A stretch of DNA of 64,000 bases from an uncultured virus (IMG/VR IMGVR_UViG_2061766007_001169) (IMGVR_UViG_2061766007_001169); one strand, 5' to 3'; shown: positions 20,616 through 30,998, counted from the first letter of the stretch. The notes: a model not told the origin generated them from the letters alone. Translations and numbers: made by a program.

Positions 20616-23165
20616 TTAAGCTGTGCTAAAGCGCCCCTGTGCGCGGGAGCCTGTCTGTATCAGGTTGTATAGTTCCTGCGAAATCCTGCGGATATCGTCC
20701 TCGCTGCGGACGATCATCTGACCGACTGAAACGAGCGAACCGTAGGAACCGCCGCCGTTTGCGCCGGACACACCACTTGCCACGGAGCGTACCGTAGCGT
20801 CCGCATCCAGGTTGAAATTGCTCGGCACGGCAGACTGCATATCGTCCGCCAGACCGTCCATCACATCCATGATGCCCTTGTTCAAATCCTGCGCGGCATT
20901 GATAGCGACCTTCGCCGAATCATCGATACCGCCGGCAAGACCAGCCGTGAGCATATCGCCGACCCACGCCATCTCCTTGGACGGCGAGGATATTCCAAAG
21001 AAGCCCTTGATCTTGCTTAACAGGTTCGAGCAGAAGCCGCTGACCTTGCTCCACAGCCAGGACGCGGCGTCACCGATGCCGTTCCAGATACCCTTGATAA
21101 GGTTCAGACCGACCTGCGCCATCTGCGACACACCGCCCGCAAAGCCCTTCACGATAGCGGATATGATCTGCGGTACGGCTTTCACGATTGCCACGATGAT
21201 CTGCGGCAGGTTCTTTATCAGAGCTACGAACAGCTGAACGCCCGCCATGATGATCTTGTCGATGTTCCCGATGAGAGCGTTTACAATGCTCGTGATAATC
21301 TGCGGTATGGCGTTCACAATCGTAGTAATGATGGTCGGCAGGTTTTCTATCAGAGCCACAAGCAGTTTTATGCCCGCTTCGATAAGCTGCGGTATCGCGC
21401 TGAGTATAGCGTTCAAAATCCCATCAATAATCTGCGGTATCGCTGCCACGATCGCGGAAATTATCTGTGGCAAAGCCGAGATCAGCGAAGTCAGAAGCTG
21501 TATCCCGGCATCGATGATCTGAGGGATAGCCCCGATGATAAACTCCACGATAGCCGTAATGATATCCGGCAAAGCCGCCACCAGGACAGGAATCGCGTCA
21601 AGGAGTCCCTGCGCCAGTCCCGTTATAAGCTGCAAGGCAGCGTCAAGCACCATCGGCAGATTTTCAATGAGCGTCTGCACGATCTGCGTCACCACAAGTA
21701 CCATCTGCGGAATGAGTGTCGGCACAGCCTGGGCAATGCCCTGGATAAGCGACACGATGATCTGCATACCCGCGTCCACGATCTGCGGAAGGAGCGTCAC
21801 AAGAGCACCGACAAGTTCCGTGATGACCTGCAAAACGACAGGCACGAGCGTGGGAATCGCTCCGATGATACCCTCCGCAAGAGCGGATATAATGGACGGT
21901 GCGCTTTCAAGTATTGCCGCCGCGATGGTGGAGATCAGCTGAACCGCCTGCGGAATCATGGAGGACACCGTTCCTATAACGGAAGTCACACCGTTCTTTA
22001 TTTCTTCCCCGGCTTCTTCATTGCCCGCCACAAGGTCGGAAAGACCGTCCATGATCTGCGTGATGCCGGGGAGCAGTTCGCCCACCATGCGGTTCTTCAG
22101 ACCGCCCAGCGTTCCCTGCAGTTTTGTAAGGCTGTCCTCGAAAGCGGCGGAGGCTGCCACGGCTTCATTGCTCATGACCATGCCGTAATCCTGCGCTTCC
22201 TGCTTTAAGGCTTCCGTCTCCTCGGCGGTCATGTTGAGTACTGCCGCCATATCCGTTGCGGAACGTCCGAGAAGGTCGGTGGCAGCGGATGTCCTTTCCG
22301 CACCCGCCTCCATGTCCTGCAGAGCGGCTATTACGATGGAAAGCTGCTCATCCTGACTCTTGCCATTCAAGTCCTCAATCGAAAGACCGACCGCCGCCAG
22401 CTTTTCCGCAGCGGAGGATGAGCCATTGCCCGCGTCCGCAATAACGCCGGAGAGCGTTTTCATGCCCGCCTGTAGGTTGTTGACGTCCGTTCCGCACCTC
22501 TGGAACACATAGTCCCATTCCTGGTAGGATTCCGCGCTGATGCCGATCTTCTGCGACATCTTGTCAATCTCGTCCCCGGCTTCAGCAACATCGTTCGCCA
22601 TGTCCCACAGCTTTTTCCCGGCAGCGACCGCAGCCGCGCCGATGGCGGTAACAGCGGCGGCCATAGCCTTGCCGACCGTCTTGGCGATCTCTCCGAGTTT
22701 GGAGAATTTACTGCCTGCGTCCTCGCTCTGATCCCCGGCTTCATCGACTTCCTTGCCAAATTCCTCCGCTTCATCGCCCGCCTCGTCAAAACCGTTCTCG
22801 GCGTCCTGGAGAGCCTTGTTGTTGTCCTCCAGTTCGCGCTCCATATCGTTCAGAGCGGCTTCTGCGTTGTTCAGCTGAATCTGCCAGTTCTGTGTACGCT
22901 TGTCGTTCTCACCGAAAGATGTGGCGGCGTTGTCGAGCGCCGCCTTTAATGTCTCGATTTTCTGTTTCTGTGCATCGATCTCCTTGTTCAGCACCTGGTT
23001 GCGGGAAGAGAGAGCCTGCACGGATTTATCGTTTTTGTCGAACTGCGAGGATACCAGCTTCATTTCCGAGCCGAGTACCTTGAACGACTGGTTGATGTCG
23101 GACAGGGCTTTCTTGAATTCCTTCTCGCCCTCTACACCGATCTTCAGACCGAAATTGTCAGCCAT
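20616..23165 (-). CDS. Tape measure protein
   Basis: 849 aa; FGLKIGVEGEKEFK start, coiled coil, 11-residue PQI repeats. Confidence 0.92.
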   Translation of the reverse strand: MADNFGLKIGVEGEKEFKKALSDINQSFKVLGSEMKLVSSQFDKNDKSVQALSSRNQVLNKEIDAQKQKIETLKAALDNAATSFGENDKRTQNWQIQLNNAEAALNDMERELEDNNKALQDAENGFDEAGDEAEEFGKEVDEAGDQSEDAGSKFSKLGEIAKTVGKAMAAAVTAIGAAAVAAGKKLWDMANDVAEAGDEIDKMSQKIGISAESYQEWDYVFQRCGTDVNNLQAGMKTLSGVIADAGNGSSSAAEKLAAVGLSIEDLNGKSQDEQLSIVIAALQDMEAGAERTSAATDLLGRSATDMAAVLNMTAEETEALKQEAQDYGMVMSNEAVAASAAFEDSLTKLQGTLGGLKNRMVGELLPGITQIMDGLSDLVAGNEEAGEEIKNGVTSVIGTVSSMIPQAVQLISTIAAAILESAPSIISALAEGIIGAIPTLVPVVLQVITELVGALVTLLPQIVDAGMQIIVSLIQGIAQAVPTLIPQMVLVVTQIVQTLIENLPMVLDAALQLITGLAQGLLDAIPVLVAALPDIITAIVEFIIGAIPQIIDAGIQLLTSLISALPQIISAIVAAIPQIIDGILNAILSAIPQLIEAGIKLLVALIENLPTIITTIVNAIPQIITSIVNALIGNIDKIIMAGVQLFVALIKNLPQIIVAIVKAVPQIISAIVKGFAGGVSQMAQVGLNLIKGIWNGIGDAASWLWSKVSGFCSNLLSKIKGFFGISSPSKEMAWVGDMLTAGLAGGIDDSAKVAINAAQDLNKGIMDVMDGLADDMQSAVPSNFNLDADATVRSVASGVSGANGGGSYGSLVSVGQMIVRSEDDIRRISQELYNLIQTGSRAQGRFSTA

Positions 23166-23185
23166 GCGTCTTTACCTCCTTCCCG

Positions 23186-23395
23186 TCAGATTCCGTAGGG
23201 AATAACATCGTCAATCGTGAGATTCTGTTTCGGCTTCGATATGCCGTTGTACTGTTTGTGGCATTCCCATAAATCCATAAACAGACCGAACGGCATCAGC
23301 CAGAACTCATCCTGCGTAAGATGAAGCTGACCGATGCCGTAGTATAAAAGCCGGGTAAATAACTCCTCGTCACTTACCCGACCTGTGCGTTTTTT
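23186..23395 (-). CDS. Tail assembly chaperone -1 frameshift extension (gpGT-like)
   Basis: A AAA AAC at 23395-23389; -1 frame open: RTGRVSDEELFTRLLYYG..EFWLMPFGLFMDLW..IPYGI. Confidence 0.75.
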   Translation of the reverse strand, partial: KKRTGRVSDEELFTRLLYYGIGQLHLTQDEFWLMPFGLFMDLWECHKQYNGISKPKQNLTIDDVIPYGI

Positions 23396-23754
23396 GAGTC
23401 GTTCTCGCTTTCGATATTGCGTTTCGTTCCTCTGTACATAGCCTCCATGATGGCGTCCTTATAGTCCGTCAGTTCCATCGGCGAGGTGAGAAGCTCGACC
23501 TCCTCCGTGGTCAGTTCCGGCTTTTTCTCATCGGGATGCTTGAGGTTATGCACAAGGATGGTCTGGTTGCAGAGCAGCGTGATGAGCCACACAATCTCAT
23601 CGAGAGCCATCTCGAAGTTCTCCGACTTCATCAGCTTATCGCCCAGGTTCTCAAGGCCGCCGTAGCGTCCGGCGATCTCCTTCGTTGCCTTGGTGGTGAG
23701 GAGCATTTCATATTCCTGACCGCCGATTTTTACAATTGCGCTTCTTTCATCCAT
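23374..23754 (-). CDS. Tail assembly chaperone (gpG-like)
   Basis: 126 aa between major tail and TMP. Confidence 0.8.
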   Translation of the reverse strand: MDERSAIVKIGGQEYEMLLTTKATKEIAGRYGGLENLGDKLMKSENFEMALDEIVWLITLLCNQTILVHNLKHPDEKKPELTTEEVELLTSPMELTDYKDAIMEAMYRGTKRNIESENDSKNAQVG

Positions 23755-23768
23755 AATGCGTTACCTCC

Positions 23769-24359
23769 TTAACCCTCGCCCTCAAAGGTCGGTTCATAAA
23801 CATTCGAGTACCACCCTGTGATCGTTTCAGCGGCCACGCCCGTATCGTCCTCGGATACCTCCGCCTTCCAGGGATGGTTGCCCTGCGCATCCACCTTGTT
23901 CCTGCGGTAGACCGTACCCTCGATGGTAGGCGTGGAGAACTCGATGCTCTCGCCCTTGGTGGTAAGGTTGGTGGCAGGGATGCCGAAAATGACGCGGTAG
24001 AGCCAGAAATATCTGTACTTACCGTTTGCTTTCTTCGCACGGAAACCGATAGCCACGGGATCGCCGCCGTCCTCGGATGCGGATACAAGTACGCCGTTAT
24101 CATCCACGGTCGCTCCCGTAAGGTCGGCAGCCACAGAAAGCCCGATGTTATCCACGCCGAGGGAGAGCGTCCCACTTTGGAACTCCTTCACGACCTCCGC
24201 CGCGCCGTCATCGGCATAGAGCGTAGCCTCCGCAAGCTCCACGGACAGTTCCGCTGTCATTGCCTTGGCGAGTGACACGGGAGTCGCATAGGTCTCATCA
24301 CCGTTTGCGCCTTCCGTGATCTTGGAATAGAAAAGTTTATCAAGACCGATTGTTGCCAT
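23769..24359 (-). CDS. Major tail protein (phi13 family-like)
   Basis: ATIGLDKLFY..ATLYADDG..VAIGFRA..YFWLY. Confidence 0.88.
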   Translation of the reverse strand: MATIGLDKLFYSKITEGANGDETYATPVSLAKAMTAELSVELAEATLYADDGAAEVVKEFQSGTLSLGVDNIGLSVAADLTGATVDDNGVLVSASEDGGDPVAIGFRAKKANGKYRYFWLYRVIFGIPATNLTTKGESIEFSTPTIEGTVYRRNKVDAQGNHPWKAEVSEDDTGVAAETITGWYSNVYEPTFEGEG

Positions 24360-24364
24360 AATGT

Positions 24365-24706
24365 TCAATCCTCCGTTTCATAAAGTTTCGCCACGTCAAT
24401 GGCGTAGTGGTGAAAGCCGGTATCGTCCTCATGTCCTATGTACCGTCTTTCCGTGATAACAAAATCAGCGGTAAGAAGAGCCTTGCAGAGCTGCTTCTTT
24501 CGCTGCATATAATTGCCCTTGGAGAACAGGGAGAGCCTTGCCTCCTGCGTCTCGTATCCGGGAGCATCGTCCGCATGAAGCTCGTAGGTGTCCGCAAGCG
24601 GAGTCACCACCACATATTCATCCGGCGGCTCATCCGAGAATACGCCCGTCTCCACAGGCAGACCGCAGTCCGTGACCACGGTCTTTATTTCCGATAACAG
24701 GCTCAT
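24365..24706 (-). CDS. Tail terminator-like protein
   Basis: Position; YIGHEDDTGFHH. Confidence 0.7.
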   Translation of the reverse strand: MSLLSEIKTVVTDCGLPVETGVFSDEPPDEYVVVTPLADTYELHADDAPGYETQEARLSLFSKGNYMQRKKQLCKALLTADFVITERRYIGHEDDTGFHHYAIDVAKLYETED

Positions 24707-25134
24707 ATCCCGTTCACCTCCGATTCCAGTTTTGCCTTCATCGCTTCGATGCAGGCGTTCTTCGATGAAGATTTCGCAGGCTTTAAGAACGGCCTTGCAG
24801 GCTGTCCGCTTTTGCCGTATTCGAGTATGGTCGCTATCTTTGCATTGCTTTCGCCGTCAGACCTCGGTTCAGCAAAGCCGACTTTCACATTGAAATCGCC
24901 ATTCTTATCCTGCAGGGCAGGCGAAGTGCCGAGAGCAGACAAAAGCTGTCCCGTGGAGCGTGACGGCTCCTTCGTGCCTTTGCCGATAACGGACACCAGA
25001 TTGGAGCGCACTTTCGATTCAACGACCTCTGCACCCGCCTCCAGCACCTTCGGCAGTATCTCGTCCGTCCTGTCCGCCAGTTTGGATACCTTCATAAGGA
25101 ACTCCTCCGGCATCTTGAATGTCGCTTTAGCCAC
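24703..25134 (-). CDS. HK97 gp10-like tail completion protein
   Basis: RSTGQL..ILEYGKSGQPARPFLKPA. Confidence 0.85.
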   Translation of the reverse strand: MAKATFKMPEEFLMKVSKLADRTDEILPKVLEAGAEVVESKVRSNLVSVIGKGTKEPSRSTGQLLSALGTSPALQDKNGDFNVKVGFAEPRSDGESNAKIATILEYGKSGQPARPFLKPAKSSSKNACIEAMKAKLESEVNGI

Positions 25135-25459
25135 TCTGTTTCACCTCCTGCACCAGCACCTCAAGGTACATACCGCGTCCTTTGACATCCTCCACCGAGA
25201 AAATCTCGAATGTATGCCCGTCGCAGAGTATCTTCATTTCCGTGGTGACCGTGACATTCGGTATCACGCGGAAACGGAAAAGGTCGGTGGCGGTCGAGAA
25301 CTGCGCCATGTTCGCCCATTTCTCGCTGCCGTGCCGGCCTTCCCGGTAAGCGCGCACCTCGGCAACAGTCACATCCGTTTCCGTCTTAAAGCCCTCATTG
25401 TCTGTGGTATGCTGTTTCTCCACGATAGTGATGAAGGTATTCATCTTTCCGAAACTCAT
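25127..25459 (-). CDS. Head closure (head-tail adaptor) protein
   Basis: MSFGKMNTFITI..FRFR..; position. Confidence 0.8.
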   Translation of the reverse strand: MSFGKMNTFITIVEKQHTTDNEGFKTETDVTVAEVRAYREGRHGSEKWANMAQFSTATDLFRFRVIPNVTVTTEMKILCDGHTFEIFSVEDVKGRGMYLEVLVQEVKQSG

Positions 25460-25461
25460 AG

Positions 25462-25773
25462 TCACACCTTCCAATCCCGGTCGAGCCGAAGGAGGAGGTT
25501 GACCGTGTTCCATACCTGTTGCGCTGCGTTCGTGTTGTCGGCGAAGAAACCGCCCGTGGAGCCGTCCCTTGACTCGTAAAAGTGGCTTGCAAGCATGATG
25601 ACCGCCTGCTCCGTGGTCGCGGGCATGGCGTTCTCGGAATAATAGCCCTCCGCGATATGCTGATAACTCTCCGCATAGGAAACGGCGGCAGTGATGTACT
25701 GCGTGAGCAGCTCATCGTCCGCCGAATGTTCCAGTATCAGATTTGCCTTGACTTTCTCAAGCAGAGTATCCAT
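25462..25773 (-). CDS. HK97 gp6-like head-tail connector
   Basis: LEKVKANL..DDELL..AVIMLASHFYESR. Confidence 0.85.
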   Translation of the reverse strand: MDTLLEKVKANLILEHSADDELLTQYITAAVSYAESYQHIAEGYYSENAMPATTEQAVIMLASHFYESRDGSTGGFFADNTNAAQQVWNTVNLLLRLDRDWKV

Positions 25774-25791
25774 CACCGCCGCCTCCTTTCC

Positions 25792-26019
25792 TTAGTCCGA
25801 CTCGTCCGCAGCCATAATCCCTGCGGCTTTCAGTTTTGAAAGCAGACCATTGAAATCCTCCTTCAAAGCAGCGACAGTAGCAGCTTCGCTGTCTGCCTGG
25901 TTCTCCGCAGGAGTGGAAAGGAGCCCCTCCACGGAGGCTCCTTCCTCGATGATAAGTGTCCCACCGATATGGGTGACTTCGCCGCCCTGTTCGGTATAGT
26001 TCTTTGCGTTATAACTCAT
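25792..26019 (-). CDS. Head fiber/decoration-like protein
   Basis: QADSEAATVAALKEDFNGLLSKLKAAG; follows capsid. Confidence 0.65.
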   Translation of the reverse strand: MSYNAKNYTEQGGEVTHIGGTLIIEEGASVEGLLSTPAENQADSEAATVAALKEDFNGLLSKLKAAGIMAADESD

Positions 26020-26034
26020 AGCTGTTCCTCCTTA

Positions 26035-27258
26035 TCAGGCGTGCATATCAAGAATCTTGATGCCTTCGGTAAGGATGAGCTTACCGTCCACACGCTCCGT
26101 GCAGGTAAAGCCGACCTGACCGTTGGTAGCGTAAAGTTCGTTCAGGCGCTTCATGCTGCGTCCGGCTCTGTCAGCGATCCAGTAGCAGGAGAAATCGCCG
26201 AATGCGATAGCTCTTGCTCCCGCCGCCATAACAGGTACCTTCGGAGAGGTGTAGAGCGGATAACCGAGCAGTCTGTCAGGCTCCCCGGCGGTAAGGGCAG
26301 GCTGCCACATATACACGCCGTTGCCATCCTTGAGTTTCCTGATATACGCGACAGTGGCATCATTCATGAGGAACTTTGCCTTGCTTCTGTAAGGAGCCTT
26401 CAGGGAATATACAAGACTGATCAGTTCGTCAGCATCGATCTTGTTGTTTGCAGCAGTGGTTACGCCGGAAGGAGCGCCGCCTGCGGCTGCGGGAATCATA
26501 AGACCCGTAGGTCTGTCAATTACCGTCTGCCCGGTCTGGATCGCACCGTTGATGAAAGCATCCTCCTCGGCTTCACCGAATGCACGTCCGAACTCTTCGG
26601 AGATGTAGCCTTCGATATCGAAGAAACTGTCGGAAAGCAGTTCGTCTGATACCTTGATGAGGTCAGTCAGCTTGAAAGCATCAATGCTGGTCTGTCCGAA
26701 GGTGGGATTGCTCTCAGTATAAGCACCGTTTTCCGCTGTCCATGCCGCCTGGGTGTGACCATTTGCCACGGGGATCTTGCGCTCATTCTGCGTAGTGATG
26801 ATCTTGCAGCCGATGGTGCGCATGATGTTGTTCTCGTTGAGCGCCTGAACAAGGGTATGCTCGAACTCAATAGGGACAAGATAGCCGCCGTTGGCATCGG
26901 TGCCTTCCTCAAGCACATTACGGACAGCGGGATTACCGGGATGACGGATGTTGTCCCAGAACGCCTTCTTGTAAGCAGCTGACGCTCTGCCAGTCTTTTC
27001 TTCCTTGTCCTCCGTGGCACCGGGCTTTGCAGTCAGCGGAGAGGAAGTCGGAGCGTTCATCATCTTTTCGATCTCCTCCTGGCGCTGAAGCCTCTCGATG
27101 TCGTGTGTGAGGTCAGTGACCTCTTTTTCCATCTTGTCATAGGTTGCGGCATCCTCTGCGGATACGTTCCCACCCTTGTCGGAATGGGAGTCAAGGAAGT
27201 TCTTCGCAGCCTCCCATGCCTTTGCGCGTCTTTCCATAAGTTCCATAATTCTGGTCAT
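26035..27258 (-). CDS. HK97-fold major capsid protein
   Basis: Coiled-coil delta domain, GGYLVP, LLGYP, FGDFS, ERVDGK. Confidence 0.93.
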   Translation of the reverse strand: MTRIMELMERRAKAWEAAKNFLDSHSDKGGNVSAEDAATYDKMEKEVTDLTHDIERLQRQEEIEKMMNAPTSSPLTAKPGATEDKEEKTGRASAAYKKAFWDNIRHPGNPAVRNVLEEGTDANGGYLVPIEFEHTLVQALNENNIMRTIGCKIITTQNERKIPVANGHTQAAWTAENGAYTESNPTFGQTSIDAFKLTDLIKVSDELLSDSFFDIEGYISEEFGRAFGEAEEDAFINGAIQTGQTVIDRPTGLMIPAAAGGAPSGVTTAANNKIDADELISLVYSLKAPYRSKAKFLMNDATVAYIRKLKDGNGVYMWQPALTAGEPDRLLGYPLYTSPKVPVMAAGARAIAFGDFSCYWIADRAGRSMKRLNELYATNGQVGFTCTERVDGKLILTEGIKILDMHA

Positions 27259-27277
27259 GATAAATACCTCCATAAAA

Positions 27278-28000
27278 TTAGTGTGAGAGAAGCGAAAGCC
27301 GCTTCTCAAGGTCGGTTACTTTGACTGTGTTTTTCGGATTTTCCGGGCGTTTCGGAATCAGCTTTGAAAGCAGTGAGTCCGTCACAGCTTTACGTGAAAA
27401 GAGCATCTCTGTGCCGTCATCGGAAAGTTCGTCTTCCGTCTTTCCGGCAAAGAGAATCTCATCGGCAAAACCGAGCTTCACGGCTTCTTTTGCGTTCATC
27501 CAGGTCTCCGCGTCCATAAGCTGCGAAATCTTGTGGCGTGACATCCCGGTCTTGATCTCGTAGGCATTCATGATGCTTTCCTTGACCTCGGAGAGCATAT
27601 CGATAGCTTTCTGCATCTCATCGCTGTCACCGATTGCAATGGTGGTGGGATTATGCACCATGATCATCGCCACCGGACTCATCAGCACCTTCGTGCCTGC
27701 CATAGCGATAACGCTTGCAGCCGATGCAGCAAGGGCATCGATCTTCACGGTAACGTCATGCGGATAGTCCATCAGCATATTGTAGATTTGCGCCGCCGCG
27801 AACACATCGCCGCCCGGCGAGTTGATCCAGATTGTAATGGGACCGCTGCCCGCGAAAAGCTCCTCCTTGAACATTGCCGGCGTGATATCGTCATCGAACC
27901 AGCTTTCTTCGGCAATCGTGCCGTACAGTTCAAGAACTCTCTCTGCGGATGGTTCTTCTTCCGTCTGATTTTTCCAATTCCAGAACTTCCTGTTCTTCAT
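27278..28000 (-). CDS. ClpP-like prohead protease
   Basis: INSPGGDVF, AASAAS, MVHNP, ETWMNA..GFADEI. Confidence 0.93.
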   Translation of the reverse strand: MKNRKFWNWKNQTEEEPSAERVLELYGTIAEESWFDDDITPAMFKEELFAGSGPITIWINSPGGDVFAAAQIYNMLMDYPHDVTVKIDALAASAASVIAMAGTKVLMSPVAMIMVHNPTTIAIGDSDEMQKAIDMLSEVKESIMNAYEIKTGMSRHKISQLMDAETWMNAKEAVKLGFADEILFAGKTEDELSDDGTEMLFSRKAVTDSLLSKLIPKRPENPKNTVKVTDLEKRLSLLSH

Positions 28001-29258
28001 CGGATTCGTCCTCCTTTCCGTTGTTTTCTGTATTTGCAAAAGCGCCCGCCTGTGACAGCGGGAGCATATTGCCGTTTATGAGGTAAAGATCGCCGCCCTC
28101 CTCTGAAGGGATGCGGTCGAGGTTCTCCAGTTCCCGGATATCGTTGGCGCTCATCCATCCGTTCTGCCTTGCCGTGGCATAGCCGTTCATGCGGCTGGCA
28201 TAGTCCCCTCGGAGCAGACCCTCCACATTGAATTTCACGAAGTAGGTCTTTTTCTCTTCGGGAGCAAGGAGCGTCCTTTGTATCGACTGCTCCCATCTGA
28301 TTACCCAGGGATCGAGCGTGTACTTCACGAACTCAAGGCTCTGCTGCTCGATGTTGGAGAAGCTGCTCTTTTCCAGATCGCCTACCATATGGGGAGGTAC
28401 GCGGAAAATCCTCGCTATCTCGTTTATCTGGAACTTGCGTGTTTCGAGGAACTGTGCCTGTTCCGGCGAGATGGAGATAGGCGTGTATTTCATGCCCTCT
28501 TCCAGCACCGCTATCTTGTTGCTGTTCGCCGAACCGCCAAAGGTCTGCTGCCAGCTTTCCCGCACCTTGCTTGGGTCCTTGATCGTTCCCGGATGCTCCA
28601 AAACGCCGCTCGGAGCAGCACCGTTGGCAAAGAATTTACTGCCGTATTCCTCGGTTGCAATCGCAAGCCCTATGGCGTTCTTTGCCATCGCAATCGGCGA
28701 GTAGCCCACAAGCCCGTCAAAACCGAGTCCGGGGATGTGCAGCACATCGGACGGACTTAATATGACCGTATCGCCCTTCATGGTCTGCGCTTCATCGGAG
28801 GAACGCTGGTACTGGTAATAAAGCTGACCGTTCGTATCCCGGTTGACGCTCATCTTGTTCGGCATCAGTGGATACAAAGCCACGACCTGCCCCTTTCCGT
28901 TGCGGATGACCTGCGCATAGGCGTTTCCGTAAAGCAAAAGATGAGTCATCAGCGTTTCTCGGAACACAAATGAACTCATCTCAGGGTTCGGCTCGTCATG
29001 GAGCAGAAGGTATAACGGATGGTCGATGGCTTTTTCCTTGCCACCGTCCTCCCGGTATCGGTACATATGGAGCGGCAGCCCTGCGATGGCTTCAGACAGG
29101 ATACGCACACAGGCATACACCGCCGTCATCTGCATAGCACTCCGCTCGTTCACGATCTTGCCGGAAGAAGTACCGCCGAGGTAAAAAGCGTAGCTGCTGC
29201 CGGGAGTCCTGTTCACAGGCTTGTCCCTTGACTTAAAAAGCCCCGAAAATATACTCAT
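27930..29258 (-). CDS. HK97-family portal protein
   Basis: AVYACVRIL, GNAYA, GYSPI, IARIFRVPP. Confidence 0.93.
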   Translation of the reverse strand: MSIFSGLFKSRDKPVNRTPGSSYAFYLGGTSSGKIVNERSAMQMTAVYACVRILSEAIAGLPLHMYRYREDGGKEKAIDHPLYLLLHDEPNPEMSSFVFRETLMTHLLLYGNAYAQVIRNGKGQVVALYPLMPNKMSVNRDTNGQLYYQYQRSSDEAQTMKGDTVILSPSDVLHIPGLGFDGLVGYSPIAMAKNAIGLAIATEEYGSKFFANGAAPSGVLEHPGTIKDPSKVRESWQQTFGGSANSNKIAVLEEGMKYTPISISPEQAQFLETRKFQINEIARIFRVPPHMVGDLEKSSFSNIEQQSLEFVKYTLDPWVIRWEQSIQRTLLAPEEKKTYFVKFNVEGLLRGDYASRMNGYATARQNGWMSANDIRELENLDRIPSEEGGDLYLINGNMLPLSQAGAFANTENNGKEDESDEEQEVLELEKSDGRRTIRRESS

Positions 29259-29276
29259 TTCACATCACGCTCCTTC

Positions 29277-30878
29277 CTAAAACACCAGGAGTCCCCTGGT
29301 GTCATATACGCTTTCGCCCGTGTCGTTCCCACAGCGGATGGCACGGTCAAGTCCCATGATGGTCGCTATCGCGCCATCGATCTTTTCTGTCGATTTTTCC
29401 TTGTCCGCCTTAATGTTCCCGGCGGGATCGGTGCGGATATAAATGTTGTCCATCATCCATCTCAAAACGGGATGTCCGCCGTGAGCGATCTTCTCCTCCA
29501 AGGTCAGCTTCATCAGTTCCTTGGTAGGCGGACTCATATCCTTGAAGCCTTGTCCGAACGGCACGACCGTGAAGCCCATGCCCTCAAGGTTCTGCACCAT
29601 CTGCACGGCTCCCCATCGGTCGAAAGCAATCTCACGGATATTGAACCGCTCTCCGAGCCGTTCGATGTATTTCTCGATGTATCCGTAATGAACCACATTG
29701 CCCTCCGTGGTCATGAGCAAGCCCTGACGCTCCCAAAGGTCATAGGGAACATGGTCGCGCTTCACACGAAGGTCAAGCGTGTCCTCCGGCACCCAGAAGT
29801 ACGGCAGGATACTGTATTTGTCCTCTTCGTCCTGCGGAGGGAACACCAACACGAACGCCGTGATGTCCGTGGTGCTTGAAAGGTCAAGACCGCCGTAGCA
29901 GATTCGTCCTTCCAGATCGTCCTCGGAAACAGGGAACGCACAGGCGTCCCACTTGTCCATAGGCATCCATCTGACTGACTGCTTCACCCATTGGTTAAGG
30001 CGCAGCTGTCGGAAAGCGTTCTCCTCGCCGGGATTCTGTTGTGCAGACGCACACGCCGCCTTCACCTTGTCTATGCCGACCGTGATGCCGAGTGAAGGAT
30101 TGGCCTTCTTCCAGACCTCCGGATCCGTCCAATCCTCGTCCTCCGCCGCACCGTAGATAACGGAATAGAAAGTCGGATCGACCTTCCGTCCCGCCTGTAT
30201 ATCCAAGGCTTTCTGATGCACCTCATAGCAGATGGAATTCGTGTCGTTGCCCGCCGTGGTAATAAGGAAATACAGCGGCTGCATCCTCGCATCGCCGGAG
30301 CCTTGGAGCATGACGTCAAACAGCTTTCTGTTAGGCTGCGTGTGAAGCTCATCAAAAATGACTCCGTGTGTATTAAAGCCGTGCTTGTTCGCCACATCCG
30401 CCGAAAGCACCTGGTAGGACGAATTGGTCGGCTTATACACGAGCTTCTTCTGTGATTCCAGTATCTTTACTCGCTTGGAGAGAGCCGGACAGAATCGCAC
30501 CATATCCACGGCAACATCAAACACGATCTTTGCCTGGTTGCGGTCTGCCGCACAGCCGTACACTTCGGCGCGTTCCTCGCCATCGCCGCAAAGGAGAAGA
30601 AGAGCCACAGCCGCCGCAAGCTCACTCTTGCCCTGTTTTTTCGGAATCTCGATGTATGCCGTGTTGAACTGTCGGTAGCCGTTGGGCTTCAGTATGCCGA
30701 ACAGGTCGCGGATGATCTGCTCCTGCCAGTCGATCAGTTCAAAGGGCTTACCAGCCCATGTTCCTTTTGTATGGCAGAGCGACTCGATGAACATGACAGC
30801 GTAGTCGGCGGCATCCTTGTCATAGCGGGAGGTCTTCGCCATGAACCTGGTGGGCTTGTATTTCTTAAGTTTTCGCAT
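29277..30878 (-). CDS. Terminase large subunit
   Basis: PKKQGKS Walker A, IFDELH Walker B, GLDLS, KIDG. Confidence 0.95.
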   Translation of the reverse strand: MRKLKKYKPTRFMAKTSRYDKDAADYAVMFIESLCHTKGTWAGKPFELIDWQEQIIRDLFGILKPNGYRQFNTAYIEIPKKQGKSELAAAVALLLLCGDGEERAEVYGCAADRNQAKIVFDVAVDMVRFCPALSKRVKILESQKKLVYKPTNSSYQVLSADVANKHGFNTHGVIFDELHTQPNRKLFDVMLQGSGDARMQPLYFLITTAGNDTNSICYEVHQKALDIQAGRKVDPTFYSVIYGAAEDEDWTDPEVWKKANPSLGITVGIDKVKAACASAQQNPGEENAFRQLRLNQWVKQSVRWMPMDKWDACAFPVSEDDLEGRICYGGLDLSSTTDITAFVLVFPPQDEEDKYSILPYFWVPEDTLDLRVKRDHVPYDLWERQGLLMTTEGNVVHYGYIEKYIERLGERFNIREIAFDRWGAVQMVQNLEGMGFTVVPFGQGFKDMSPPTKELMKLTLEEKIAHGGHPVLRWMMDNIYIRTDPAGNIKADKEKSTEKIDGAIATIMGLDRAIRCGNDTGESVYDTRGLLVF

Positions 30879-30901
30879 TTGCACCACCTCCCGAATGGCA
30901 T

Positions 30902-30976
30902 AAAAAATGACCTGCTTTCGGCAAGCCTTCCTCAAATCTATCTGTACGAGAGACAGAGCCTTCCGGCTCGTCCCTT
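30902..30976 (-). promoter_or_regulatory. Conserved GNRA hairpin plus terminator-like hairpin upstream of terL
   Basis: 37/38 identical to 50803-50840; second hairpin followed by T6. Confidence 0.55.
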
Positions 30977-30998
30977 TGGTTATTCTTTTCGCTGTGTC

